64,000 nucleotides of DNA from Lentisphaeria bacterium (GTDB lineage: Bacteria > Verrucomicrobiota > Lentisphaeria > JABSQK01 > JAWLHB01). Made by a program: the position numbers and the translations under genes. This document shows, piece after piece, positions 18,833-28,390 of the stretch. Under the pieces are notes generated by a model. It did no database searches, had not been told where the DNA came from, and was given only the letters and a program-made list of their open reading frames with translations. Positions within the stretch are counted from its first letter, which is position 1. Every line of letters begins with the position of its first letter. Where the stretch lies: positions 186,001 to 250,000 of the forward strand of contig JAWLHB010000007.1 of assembly GCA_041690595.1 (NCBI GenBank), in the 5' to 3' direction.

Positions 18833-21088
18833 TCAAAAGCGGATCTCGGCGCCGGAGAGCATGAACCAGCGTTCGTGCCAGAGGCGCACGCTCTTGGGAT
18901 CGCTGGTGTTCTGGATGGTCAGATGGTTGATGCCTTCCTGGAGGAGGCCGGGGGGAATCTCGATCTCCTGTCGGGACCATTCCCACTTTCCGAAAGTCGT
19001 CTTGCCGGTATAGATGGTAGTGTCATTGAGCTGCACGTCGATGTGGGCGGGCCACTTCTCCCTGGCGTCGCTGTCCAGCCCTTCGAGGACGAGGGTGGTG
19101 GTGCCCTGTGGCGGGTTGTACAGTTCGAATTGTGCGGTCATGCGATCGCTGCGTCCCTGGTCGTTGCCTGGCACGTAGATGACGGTGGCTTCCCGCTCCG
19201 GCACCTTGGGACCCTTGTGGCCGCCGACGTAGGGTTCGGGGCCATGACCGAACATGAAGGTCCGCGCTTCGAGTCGAACGCCACGCTCCTGCTGCCGGGC
19301 CTTGGGCAGGGGCAGTTCCTGGCCGGCGAGCCATTGCTTGATCAGCGCCATCATTCCGGGGCGTCGCTTCTCAGCGGCAATGCCGAGTGCGTGGGCATCG
19401 CGGGCAAACTGCACCAGCTCCGCCTCGCTGTCGCTCCGCATGCGGCGCAGGGAACCGAGGAGCAGGTCGACCGTTTTTTCGTCGACGTCTCCGGGATGTT
19501 GCAAGGCATCCTCGATGAAGCGTGAGGTCTCGTCGCGCAGTTCTTTGGCGATGGTCCATTCGCTGGCGCCTCTGGCTTCTTCCAGGGCGGCCAGAGCCTC
19601 CCGCAGATAATCGACGGTGTAGAAGTCGGCGGGGTAGCCATCGATGAAGGTCTCGGCGGTCACTGTCGACTTGGTCTGTTGATAGCGGTGGTACATGAGT
19701 TCGACGAAGCGTGCCATGGCGTCGCCGCCGCCGCCATAGTAGTTGCGGCAGAAGTCTTTGCCGATGGCGAGGGGGTCGGTGTCGATATCCCACATGAGGT
19801 GTCGATAGAGATGGCTCCACAATGGAGCGAGGTGACGCGGGTGACCGTAGCTGTACATGATGCCGCGCACCCCCTCGTTGTGATACCAGGTGAGCTTGTC
19901 CTTCTGCTGGCCGGGCATGCCGGGGAAGTAGCGGTCGCCGCTGTACTCGCATACCCAGACCTGGCCCGGTGCGACCTTTGCCCAGCCGCGGATCTTGGCG
20001 ACCTGGCCGGGCAGCAGCACGCCTAGCTTCTCCCGATGACCGAAGAAAGGCATGTCCAGCCCGCTCGAGAGGACGATGCGCATATTGGGCTCCGGTTTGA
20101 TGTTGGCGGGCGCCTGATCGGAGCCGCCATAGGCAAAGGTGATGATAATGATCTCCGGATGCTTCTCGGCGACGGCTCTGGCGATCGCGTTGGCCCATGT
20201 CAGCAGCCGCGCGGCATGTTGGCCGGGGGCTTCGTCCAGTTGGCGGCAGGGTTCGCAGGCGCACCAGATACGGGTATCGCCGTAGGTCACCGGGAAGATC
20301 GTCTTGTCTGGTTGCGACTCGATCCATTTGAGGGTGCGCTCGATGGAGATGCGCCGCACGTCTGGATTCGAGAGGCACAGGGGGGTGCGCTTGTCGTCGA
20401 AGGCGTCCTTGCCGATGCGCGTGCCGTTTCCCAGGAGTGCGTAGTACTCGGGGTGCTGGTCGTAATAGAGGGCTTTCGGGATCAGGAAGCCGGCGGAGTG
20501 ATCGATCCAGAGGTTGGAGTCGCGGGCCAGTCGCGGATCGATGGCGGCCAGGGCTTCATCGGGTCGAGCCTGGTCTTCGCGATTCTCGTAGTTGCGCATG
20601 GGCATGTCGGGGATCAAGTCGGCGTTGACGATCGGCAACTCGCGAGTGGCGGGGGTATCCGCCACGGTAACGGTGCGCACGCCGCGCGGCAGGCGCCCAT
20701 ACTGGCGATAGCCCAGCAGGCCGAGGTAATGGCGCACGCCGAGCAGGGTTCCGTAGGGTTGTCGGCCCGCGATGGCGATGCCGTCCTTTGTGGTGCGGAT
20801 GACAAAGCCGCCATAGTGGACGGCCTTGAGTTCGTCTTCGCCGATCCACCCCAGCTCCAGGGCTGCCTTTGCCCCGATGGCCAGAGTCGGCCCGCCTGGG
20901 CGGCGATACAGCCCTTTGTAACGTTTGCCGTAAAGGGCGTCGAATCCGTCGTTCAGCTCACCGACTGCCTGCGCCAGCAACTTTCCCGGTTTTTCGCTCA
21001 CAAATGCACCGTCGAAGTCGTCCACGGTGAAGCCGCCGGCGACTGACAGGGCAGCCAGAGTCAGCGCCATCACTGCACGGATTCTCAT
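18833..21088 (-). CDS. Secreted DUF4838-type protein (putative glycoside hydrolase-like) with C-terminal beta-sandwich
   Basis: Signal peptide MRIRAVMALTLAALSVAG; GTLLGVRHYL, HPEYYAL, LCLSNPDV, WCACEPC, ITFAY. Confidence 0.75.
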   Translation of the reverse strand: MRIRAVMALTLAALSVAGGFTVDDFDGAFVSEKPGKLLAQAVGELNDGFDALYGKRYKGLYRRPGGPTLAIGAKAALELGWIGEDELKAVHYGGFVIRTTKDGIAIAGRQPYGTLLGVRHYLGLLGYRQYGRLPRGVRTVTVADTPATRELPIVNADLIPDMPMRNYENREDQARPDEALAAIDPRLARDSNLWIDHSAGFLIPKALYYDQHPEYYALLGNGTRIGKDAFDDKRTPLCLSNPDVRRISIERTLKWIESQPDKTIFPVTYGDTRIWCACEPCRQLDEAPGQHAARLLTWANAIARAVAEKHPEIIIITFAYGGSDQAPANIKPEPNMRIVLSSGLDMPFFGHREKLGVLLPGQVAKIRGWAKVAPGQVWVCEYSGDRYFPGMPGQQKDKLTWYHNEGVRGIMYSYGHPRHLAPLWSHLYRHLMWDIDTDPLAIGKDFCRNYYGGGGDAMARFVELMYHRYQQTKSTVTAETFIDGYPADFYTVDYLREALAALEEARGASEWTIAKELRDETSRFIEDALQHPGDVDEKTVDLLLGSLRRMRSDSEAELVQFARDAHALGIAAEKRRPGMMALIKQWLAGQELPLPKARQQERGVRLEARTFMFGHGPEPYVGGHKGPKVPEREATVIYVPGNDQGRSDRMTAQFELYNPPQGTTTLVLEGLDSDAREKWPAHIDVQLNDTTIYTGKTTFGKWEWSRQEIEIPPGLLQEGINHLTIQNTSDPKSVRLWHERWFMLSGAEIRF

Positions 21089-21119
21089 GATGCCTCTCGC
21101 CTGATCGTTCAGTTGAAAA

Positions 21120-22130
21120 TTACCAGACGCCGTGCTGGTGGGGACCGAAATCGGCTTCGTAATAGGGGACAACCATTTCTCCCGGCCTGGCTACTTCGTC
21201 GACGAGGGCGCTATCCTCTTTGGTAAAATCGACGTTGAGGGCGCCGAGATTGTCCTCCAACTGCTCCATGGTGCGGGGGCCAATGATGGGGCTGGTGATC
21301 CCTGGCTGGGCGGCGTTCCACGCCAAGGCGAGCTGAGACACGGTGCAGTCCTTGTCGCCAGCCATCTGCTCGAGGACATCCAGGATGTCGAAGCTGGCGT
21401 CGGAGAAGATGCGATCGGCTCGTGCGCCCTGGCGCTTGCCCAGTCGTCCTTCGCTGGGGCCGTCGCCATCGCGTCTGTACTTGCCGGTCAGAAAGCCGCC
21501 GGCGAGGGGCGACCAGGGAATGATGGCGAGCCCGTAGGTTTGGGCCAAGGGGACGAGTCCCCGTTCGATGCGCCGGTCGAGGGGATGGTAGGGGGGCTGT
21601 TCGCAGACAAAGCGGGCAAGTCCGCGCATCCAGGAGACGCTGAGCGCCTCCATCACCTGCCAGGCATGAAAGGTGGAGGTGCCGAGGTAGCGGACCTTGC
21701 CGTCGCGCACGAGCTTGTCCAGCGCCTTCAGCGTTTCGTCGATGGGCGTGTCGGAGCGCGGTCGATGAATCTGGTAGAGGTCGATCCATTCAGTCTGCAG
21801 CCGTTTCAGACTTGCCTCGCATTGCTGGATGATATGACGGGCGTGGTTGCCGCTCATGTTGGGATCATCGTCGTCCATCTTGCCGTGCACTTTGGTGGCG
21901 AGGAAGACGCGTTCGCGCTTGCCGTTGCGCTTGAGGGCTTTGCCGACGATCTCTTCACTGGCGCCCTTGTTGTAGACGTTGGCGGTGTCGAGGAAATTGA
22001 GGCCGCGGTCCAGGAAGCGGTCGATGATCGCGAAAGAGTCCTCTTCGCCGGTGCGCCCCCCGAAGTTCATGCATCCGAGGCAGAGTGAGCTGACCTTTAC
22101 ACCGGTACGACCGAAATTGCGAAACTCCAT
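21120..22130 (-). CDS. Aldo/keto reductase
   Basis: LCLGCMNFG, LDTANVY, LATKV, IDLYQIH, PWSPLAGGFLTGKY. Confidence 0.92.
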   Translation of the reverse strand: MEFRNFGRTGVKVSSLCLGCMNFGGRTGEEDSFAIIDRFLDRGLNFLDTANVYNKGASEEIVGKALKRNGKRERVFLATKVHGKMDDDDPNMSGNHARHIIQQCEASLKRLQTEWIDLYQIHRPRSDTPIDETLKALDKLVRDGKVRYLGTSTFHAWQVMEALSVSWMRGLARFVCEQPPYHPLDRRIERGLVPLAQTYGLAIIPWSPLAGGFLTGKYRRDGDGPSEGRLGKRQGARADRIFSDASFDILDVLEQMAGDKDCTVSQLALAWNAAQPGITSPIIGPRTMEQLEDNLGALNVDFTKEDSALVDEVARPGEMVVPYYEADFGPHQHGVW

Positions 22131-22239
22131 GATGGCGTCTACTCCTGCTGATAGTCGATCTTTCTTGCGCCGAGGTGCGCGTGTCATCGACTACTATAGA
22201 GCAAGAGAGGAGGCGGATGCATGGCTGGGCAGTGGCGTG

Positions 22240-23220
22240 CTACCCGGCGGCGACATCCGCTTCGGCTCGTTGGAGCAAGGCGCGGATGTAGCCGATGGTG
22301 TAGGCGAGGGCGGCCTGTTCACCTTCATCGCTGACGAATTCAGGATAATGGTCGGGGATCAACAGGCCGTTGAAGCCGACCTCCACAAGTGTTCGCAGGA
22401 CCTTGTACATGTCAACGCAGCCATTGTCGATGAAGGTCTCGACGAAGGCAGGCAAGGGGCCGCTGACATTACGGAAGTGGACGGTGAAGAGCTTGTCGCG
22501 GGCGGCAAACCAGCGGATGGCATCCTCGATGCTCATCCCCATGGCGTCGCCGCCTTCGGCCCAGGTGCCGACACAGAAGAGGACTCCCCAGGCTGGGCTT
22601 TCGGTCATGGCCATGGCCCGCTGAAAGGCCTGCATGTCGCGGAAGATGCGCGCGCAGCCGTTGAGTGTCGGCAGCGGCGGATCATCGGGATGCAAGGCCA
22701 GCCGAACACCCGCAGCCTCGGCAACAGGTAGCAGGCGCTCCATCATGTGGCGGTAGTTTGCCCACATGGTCTCGTCGTCATAGTGCTGACCGAAGACAGG
22801 AACCTCCGCCGGCAAAGCTGCCATGTCAAAGGCTCGCGAGCGGGCCTGACGCACGGTGGCGGGGCTGGTGGAAGGCAGGGGGGCATAGAGGAAGAAGTCG
22901 TAGTCGAGGGTATGAAGGCCGAGCTCTCCCATGGTGCGGATGAAGTCGGCGAGTCGATCGAGGCGCTGCTCACGCCCGCCGGTACCCAAGGCGATTTCCC
23001 TGGCCTTGTAGCCGCCGTAGACGACACTGAAGATATCGAGGCCGATGGCCGAGAATTTCGCGACGGTCTCCGCGAGGAAGACGGGATCGTCATCATCTTC
23101 GGCGATGTGCACGCGCACATGATCGATGCCCAGTTGGCGCAGAAAGAGGAGTCGTTCCTCGTCGGCGGTGGCAGATACGTGAGTGCCGACCTTGATGCCG
23201 GGCGGAAAGCGCGTATTCAT
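22240..23220 (-). CDS. uxuA: Mannonate dehydratase family protein
   Basis: LLPVAEAAGVRLALHPDDPP, LFCVGTW, VHFRNV, FVETFID, LIPDH. Confidence 0.8.
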   Translation of the reverse strand: MNTRFPPGIKVGTHVSATADEERLLFLRQLGIDHVRVHIAEDDDDPVFLAETVAKFSAIGLDIFSVVYGGYKAREIALGTGGREQRLDRLADFIRTMGELGLHTLDYDFFLYAPLPSTSPATVRQARSRAFDMAALPAEVPVFGQHYDDETMWANYRHMMERLLPVAEAAGVRLALHPDDPPLPTLNGCARIFRDMQAFQRAMAMTESPAWGVLFCVGTWAEGGDAMGMSIEDAIRWFAARDKLFTVHFRNVSGPLPAFVETFIDNGCVDMYKVLRTLVEVGFNGLLIPDHYPEFVSDEGEQAALAYTIGYIRALLQRAEADVAAG

Positions 23221-23301
23221 AGTAGAAGACCTGCTGCTGTGAGTTGGTAGACGATAGCGTCTGTGCCAAGGCTCTGCAACCACGAATCGAGGGACTTTTC
23301 C

Positions 23302-24738
23302 ATGGCTGATGATCATTCGTATCATATGACTCCGCAAGAATTCCGCCACCATGGCAAGCAACTGGTGGATTGGATTGCCGACTACTGGGAGAGAGTGGAA
23401 GAGCTGCCGGTGATGTCTCCGGTGCGGTCGGGGGAGATCCGCGCGCAGTTGCCGCCGGGGCCTCCCGCCGAAGGCGAGCCGATGGCGGCCATCATGGCGG
23501 ATTTCGAGCGAATCGTGATGCCTGGCATCACGCACTGGCAGTCGCCCAACTTCTTTGCTTTCTTTCCGGCCAATACATCGGGCCCCTCGGTGCTGGGCGA
23601 GATGTTGAGCGCCGCCCTCGGAGTGCAGGGCATGCTCTGGGCCACCAGTCCCGCCTGCACCGAGTTGGAGAGTCATGTGCTCGACTGGCTGGCGGACATG
23701 CTCGACCTTCCGGGGCGCTTTCGCTCGTGCACTCGGGGTGGGGGCGTGATCCAGGATTCCGCCAGCAGTGCCGCGGTGTGCGCGCTCCTGGCGGCTCGCG
23801 AGCGGGTCACCCAGGGGCAGTCCAACCTGACAGGCGCCAACGGGCGGCTGGTTGTGTATGCCACGTCGGAGACACACAGCTCCATCGAGAAGGCGGTGGG
23901 AATTGCTGGTCTTGGACGGCAGATGCTTCGCCGGATCGAGACGGACGAGAATCTCGCGATGCGGCCGGAGGCGCTGGCAGCCCAACTGGATGCGGACCTG
24001 GAAGCGGGGCTGGAGCCCTGCATGGTGGTCTGTACGGTTGGGACGACCTCTTCGAACGCCAGCGATCCGCTGCATGAGGTGGGGCGCATCTGCACGGCAC
24101 GGAAGGTCTGGATGCATGTGGATGCCGCCATGGCCGGGGCGGCAGCGATCTGCCCGGAGTTCCGCTATCTTCAGCGCGGGTTGCAGCTTGCGGACAGCTA
24201 CTGCTTCAATCCGCACAAATGGCTGTTCACCAACTTCGACTGTGACTGTTTTTACGTCGCCGACCGGCAGGCGCTGATCAGTGCGCTCAGTATTCTGCCG
24301 GAGTACCTACGCAACCAGGCTTCGGAGTCGGGGCAGGTCATCGACTATCGAGACTGGCAGATACCGCTGGGGCGCCGCTTCCGGGCGCTGAAGCTCTGGA
24401 TGGTGATCCGGCACTATGGGGTTGAAGGCTTGCGTGCGCATCTGCGCCGACATGTGGAGCTTGCGCGACGCTTTGCCGAGTGGGTGGAGGCCGACATCGA
24501 CTTCGAGGTGGCCGCGCCCCGACCGCTGAACCTCGTCTGCTTCCGTCATCTTGGCGGAGACGAGGTGAATCGGCGGCTGGAAGCACGGCTGAACAACTCC
24601 GGCAAACTCTACCTCACGCATACGACGTTGTCGGGTCGGTATGTGCTTCGGCTATGCGTTGGTCAGAGCTGGACGGAGGAGCGGCACGTGCGCGCCGCGT
24701 GGGAGCTGATCCGCGAAAGCGCGTCGACACTCGGCTGA
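23302..24738 (+). CDS. Aromatic-L-amino-acid decarboxylase (group II PLP decarboxylase)
   Basis: THWQSPNFFAFFP, SPACTELE, HVDAA, FNPHKW (PLP Lys), DYRDWQIPLGRRFRALKLW. Confidence 0.9.
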   Translation: MADDHSYHMTPQEFRHHGKQLVDWIADYWERVEELPVMSPVRSGEIRAQLPPGPPAEGEPMAAIMADFERIVMPGITHWQSPNFFAFFPANTSGPSVLGEMLSAALGVQGMLWATSPACTELESHVLDWLADMLDLPGRFRSCTRGGGVIQDSASSAAVCALLAARERVTQGQSNLTGANGRLVVYATSETHSSIEKAVGIAGLGRQMLRRIETDENLAMRPEALAAQLDADLEAGLEPCMVVCTVGTTSSNASDPLHEVGRICTARKVWMHVDAAMAGAAAICPEFRYLQRGLQLADSYCFNPHKWLFTNFDCDCFYVADRQALISALSILPEYLRNQASESGQVIDYRDWQIPLGRRFRALKLWMVIRHYGVEGLRAHLRRHVELARRFAEWVEADIDFEVAAPRPLNLVCFRHLGGDEVNRRLEARLNNSGKLYLTHTTLSGRYVLRLCVGQSWTEERHVRAAWELIRESASTLG

Positions 24739-24747
24739 TGCGAGGCT

Positions 24748-25335
24748 TCAGAAGCGCTTGCCAAGCATGAAGAGGATGGTGTCGACGCCGTGGTTGTCGT
24801 CATCGATGCTGGCGTTGGAGAGATGGTGCCAGCGGATGGATGCGAACCATGGTCCGCCGCGGTCGCTGTCCATGGCCAGGCCGAAGCCGGCCTGGGGATT
24901 GAAGTTCCAGCGGAACGCCTGGTTGTTTTCGCGCCAGTCGGTATAGATGGCGCCGATGCCTGCTTCCACGTAAGGGTGAAAGCGCTCGTTCTTCATGGAG
25001 TCGAGGTAATATTGCAGCATGCCGACGGCGGAGAGGACGGCGCCATCCTGGCCGGAAACCCGCATGCCGCCACTGAGTTCCATCTTGAGGCGCAACGCTT
25101 CCGAGCCATTCTCCCAGCCCAACGATTGTGGCGACCAGAAGCGATGATACGTGATCAGGAAGTAGTCGAGAGCGTCGCTGAACTCATGCGAGACACCGTA
25201 CGCGGCCGATAGGCCGTTGGGGTACGCCATATCGTCGAGGGCAGCGGACTGCTCCGCCGGCGGTTCCATATCCTGAGCCTGTAGAGCGAAGCAGGAGAGC
25301 GCCAGAATCAGACAAATCACTTTGGGCATGATCAC
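24748..25335 (-). CDS. PagL-like lipid A 3-O-deacylase / acyloxyacyl hydrolase outer-membrane beta-barrel
   Basis: Signal peptide; PYVEAGIG, FNPQAGFG, RWHHLSNA (H-x-S catalytic), terminal F. Confidence 0.8.
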   Translation of the reverse strand: MIMPKVICLILALSCFALQAQDMEPPAEQSAALDDMAYPNGLSAAYGVSHEFSDALDYFLITYHRFWSPQSLGWENGSEALRLKMELSGGMRVSGQDGAVLSAVGMLQYYLDSMKNERFHPYVEAGIGAIYTDWRENNQAFRWNFNPQAGFGLAMDSDRGGPWFASIRWHHLSNASIDDDNHGVDTILFMLGKRF

Positions 25336-25499
25336 TTTTCCTTATGAGGGCTTGAAGTTCAGGTGCCTTACTATACCCTTTGTAGAAAGATAAAGATGAT
25401 CCTCCATATTGCCAGCCTCGGAAAGCGGATAAAAGAGCCGCTCGAGAAATTGTCCACAGGCAGAAGCTTTCCCACCTTTGTTCTAACAGGAGCCTTCAC

Positions 25500-26390
25500 A
25501 TGACTCTCGACAGACACCTGCTCATGCGGGTTTTCGCGTTCCTCATGATCCTCGGTCTCGCCTCGGTTCCGACCTCTGTTCTGGCGCAGGCCGGCTCGTC
25601 GCAACCACCGATTGCGGATGCAACGTGGGACGACGACGACGATTGGGGCGATGATGATGCGGAGCCGGTGGTCGTGCGGGACTACATCGAGCCAGTCAAC
25701 CGCGCCACCTTCGTCTTCAATGATCGTCTTTACTACTGGGTCATCAAACCGGTGTCGACCGGTTATGGAAAGACGCTGCCCGAGAAGGCGCGGACAGGCA
25801 TCCAGAACTTCTTCGGGAATATAGGCACTCCGGCCCGGGCCGTCAATTGCCTTCTGCAGCGCGATCTGCGAGGCTGCGGAACCGAGCTGGGGCGCTTCGT
25901 TGTCAATACCACGTGGGGAGTGCTGGGCTTCGGCGATCCGGCGGCCAGTCGCCTGGACATCCAGCAGCGGCAGGCGGATCTGGGGCAGACGCTGGGCATG
26001 TACGCCTTCCCGGAGATCACCTTCATCAACTGGCCGGTCTTCGGCCCCTCCAACGTGCGAGACACCATCGGCAAAGTAGGTGACGCCTTCCTGGATCCGG
26101 TCAACCTGATCGATCCCTGGTACTGGCGCGCGGCCGTCAAAGTCGAAGAGCAGGTCAATACGGCCTCCTTCCCGCTTCCCCCCTACAGCACTCTCGAGCA
26201 GATCAAGGAGGACCCGGCGACCTTCGACTTTTATGTCGCCGTCCGCAATGGCTATTCCCAGAATCGCAGCCACGCCATCGATCGGGCCAAGCAGCGAGCC
26301 GCGGGGGAGAAAGCGGAGCCGACGGCAGATACTGCCGATGACGTCGAGGGCGATCTTGCGCCGGATGCCAGTCTCCCGGTTACGCCCTGA
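25500..26390 (+). CDS. mlaA: MlaA/VacJ family protein
   Basis: DYIEPVNRATFVFND, RFVVNTTWGVLG, DLGQTLG, PVFGPSNVRD; AGGAG RBS. Confidence 0.85.
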   Translation: MTLDRHLLMRVFAFLMILGLASVPTSVLAQAGSSQPPIADATWDDDDDWGDDDAEPVVVRDYIEPVNRATFVFNDRLYYWVIKPVSTGYGKTLPEKARTGIQNFFGNIGTPARAVNCLLQRDLRGCGTELGRFVVNTTWGVLGFGDPAASRLDIQQRQADLGQTLGMYAFPEITFINWPVFGPSNVRDTIGKVGDAFLDPVNLIDPWYWRAAVKVEEQVNTASFPLPPYSTLEQIKEDPATFDFYVAVRNGYSQNRSHAIDRAKQRAAGEKAEPTADTADDVEGDLAPDASLPVTP

Positions 26391-26512
26391 CCCGCAAAGT
26401 CGCGCTTGACGCGGCTCCGATGACGGCTACAGGTATGAGACGGGCCTGCAACTTCGCCGGCCCCGCCGCGAACAGATTCTGTGCGCAATCCTCAAGTCAA
26501 GGAGGCTGCATC

Positions 26513-27322
26513 ATGTACCGCCTGCTCATCTGTCTCACCTGCATCTCCATTTCCTTCAGCTTCGGGGCGGAAAGCGAGAAGCTTCCCGAGCTGGACAAAG
26601 GCAAGTGGAAAGGGTTCTTTGCCGGTTATGAGAATCGTCTTTTCGATGCCGTCCTGCAAACGGATGGGCAACTTCTGGTGAAGCCGAAGAACCGGGAGGG
26701 CAAGTACATCGGGAAGCCGATTGTGGTCGGTCAGCCCAACTGTGTCTACTATCCTCCCGGGCAGCAGCAGCACAGCCGCCGGATCGTGAAGTTCACCGAT
26801 TATCCCAAGCCCACCGAGAATCCGCGCGAGATCGTCCTGGCGGGTGAATTCGAAGAGGGCGTGAAGTTCGAGGTCAAGTACACGTTCAGCCCGACTGGGA
26901 TCACCTTCAGTGGAGGGTACAAGGATCCGCCCTCGCTGACCTTCCCGTCGCAGTATCGCCTGCTGACGCGGTTTCCGCAGACGCACACCATCGCGCCGGA
27001 GGTGCCCCAGAGTCAGCGCGAAGAGCTGGTGAAGGGGTATCTGATCAAGAGCCGGGAGATCGTCGATGGGCGGCGCAAGCGTTTCGAGTATGCCTATGCG
27101 AAGTCGACGAGGTTCAACGGTTTTCTGGATGAGCTGGAGGTGGTAGGTCCGTGGGAGGAGCGTGTCGTGGCGATGAGCCACCGGAAGCTGGACAACGAGA
27201 ACCAGATGCGCCTCTGGATCTATGCGGACAGTTGTCCTTGGCAGGGCTTCCTCGCCTACTACCATACCAGTGACAACGAGATCAAGCGCTACAAGGCGGA
27301 GATAACGCTCACGGTCAAGTAG
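26513..27322 (+). CDS. Hypothetical secreted protein
   Basis: GGAGG RBS, signal-peptide-like N-terminus, typical codon usage; no family recognised. Confidence 0.75.
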   Translation: MYRLLICLTCISISFSFGAESEKLPELDKGKWKGFFAGYENRLFDAVLQTDGQLLVKPKNREGKYIGKPIVVGQPNCVYYPPGQQQHSRRIVKFTDYPKPTENPREIVLAGEFEEGVKFEVKYTFSPTGITFSGGYKDPPSLTFPSQYRLLTRFPQTHTIAPEVPQSQREELVKGYLIKSREIVDGRRKRFEYAYAKSTRFNGFLDELEVVGPWEERVVAMSHRKLDNENQMRLWIYADSCPWQGFLAYYHTSDNEIKRYKAEITLTVK

Positions 27323-27325
27323 GGG

Positions 27326-28249
27326 TCAGCGCGTGGCGGTGATGCCTTTGGAGAGCTGTTCGGCCATCTGCTCCAGGTTCTCCAGGTAGTTCTCGGCCAG
27401 TGGGTCGAGACGGACGATGGCGCCGTCGATGGAGCTGGCTATGGCGTTGGCGCTGCGCGAGGAGAACTGAGGCTGGACGAAGACGACGCGGATGCCGCGC
27501 TCGCCGGCCAGTTGAATCAGGCGGGCGAGCTGGCGTGCGCTCGGCTCCTTGCCGCCGGTTTCGACCGAGAGTTGCTTGAGGCCATACGCATCGGTGAAGT
27601 AACCGAAGGCGGGATGGAAGACGAGGATCGCCTGACCGCGCACGGGGGCCAGGACCTCGGTCAACCGCGTGTGCAGGGCATCCAGCTCGGCCAGCAGCTC
27701 CTGCAGGTTCTTCTGGTAGAACTCCTCTCCTTTCGGGTCGAGCCTGGTGAAGCTTGCGGCCATCGTAGTTGCAATGGTCTTCGCATTAAGGGGGCTCAGC
27801 CAGACATGCGGATCCTTGCCTTCGTCGCCATGATCATGGTCGTGGTCATGATGCTGGTGAGGATCGAGTTCCAACTCTTCGAGGGAGTCGCTGATATCGC
27901 GCAGGGTGATTCCCTGGCGCAGGTCGATGACCTGGAGCTGCTTCATGGTGCTCTCGATCTTCGGCATCAGGGAATTCTCGAAGGAGACGCCGATGCGGAA
28001 GAGGAGGTCGGAGCCGGCGAGGCGCGCCATCTGTTTCGGGGCTGGAGAATAGGTGTGCGGACTCTGACCGGGCGTCACCAGTACGTCGACGGAGACGCGC
28101 TCGCCACCAACCCGCTCGGCGAGTTGCTTGAGGGGCAGGATGCTGACGAATGCCTTCACCTCCGCTGCTTCCAGCGCCGCGAAGGGCAGTACCAATGCGA
28201 TTGTCACCAGATACCGGCCAAACCACTTGCGCATGCCCGATCCACTCAT
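27326..28249 (-). CDS. znuA: Zinc ABC transporter substrate-binding protein
   Basis: PGQSPHTY, His-rich loop HQHHDHDHDH, DPHVWLSP, HPAFGYF. Confidence 0.9.
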   Translation of the reverse strand: MSGSGMRKWFGRYLVTIALVLPFAALEAAEVKAFVSILPLKQLAERVGGERVSVDVLVTPGQSPHTYSPAPKQMARLAGSDLLFRIGVSFENSLMPKIESTMKQLQVIDLRQGITLRDISDSLEELELDPHQHHDHDHDHGDEGKDPHVWLSPLNAKTIATTMAASFTRLDPKGEEFYQKNLQELLAELDALHTRLTEVLAPVRGQAILVFHPAFGYFTDAYGLKQLSVETGGKEPSARQLARLIQLAGERGIRVVFVQPQFSSRSANAIASSIDGAIVRLDPLAENYLENLEQMAEQLSKGITATR

Positions 28250-28301
28250 CGTCTTCACCTCGTGCTTTTCATGATTATGCGGCTACCGAAATGCCGCCTA
28301 T

Positions 28302-28319
28302 ATGATAGAGCATTATCAT
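28302..28319. promoter_or_regulatory. Fur/Zur-like box upstream of znuA
   Basis: ATGATA-GAGCAT-TATCAT inverted repeat (minus strand ATGATAATGCTCTATCAT), about 50 bp upstream of the start. Confidence 0.6.
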
Positions 28320-28342
28320 CAAGAAAGCAAGTGGAGCGGTAA

Positions 28343-28365
28343 GACGAAACGGACGAAACGGACGG
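28343..28365 (+). repeat. 9-bp intergenic microsatellite (GACGAAACG x2.5)
   Basis: gacgaaacg gacgaaacg gacgg. Confidence 0.55.
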
Positions 28366-28390
28366 TTGTGGTGTTCGGCAGGGGGAGAGA

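Noticed and set aside
23221..24216. N-terminal extension of uxuA (658-aa ORF)
   Set aside because: Overlaps the decarboxylase on the opposite strand; family similarity begins at 23220.
25451..25459. DnaA box / replication origin (TTGTCCACA)
   Set aside because: Single mismatched copy, no cluster and no origin-associated genes.
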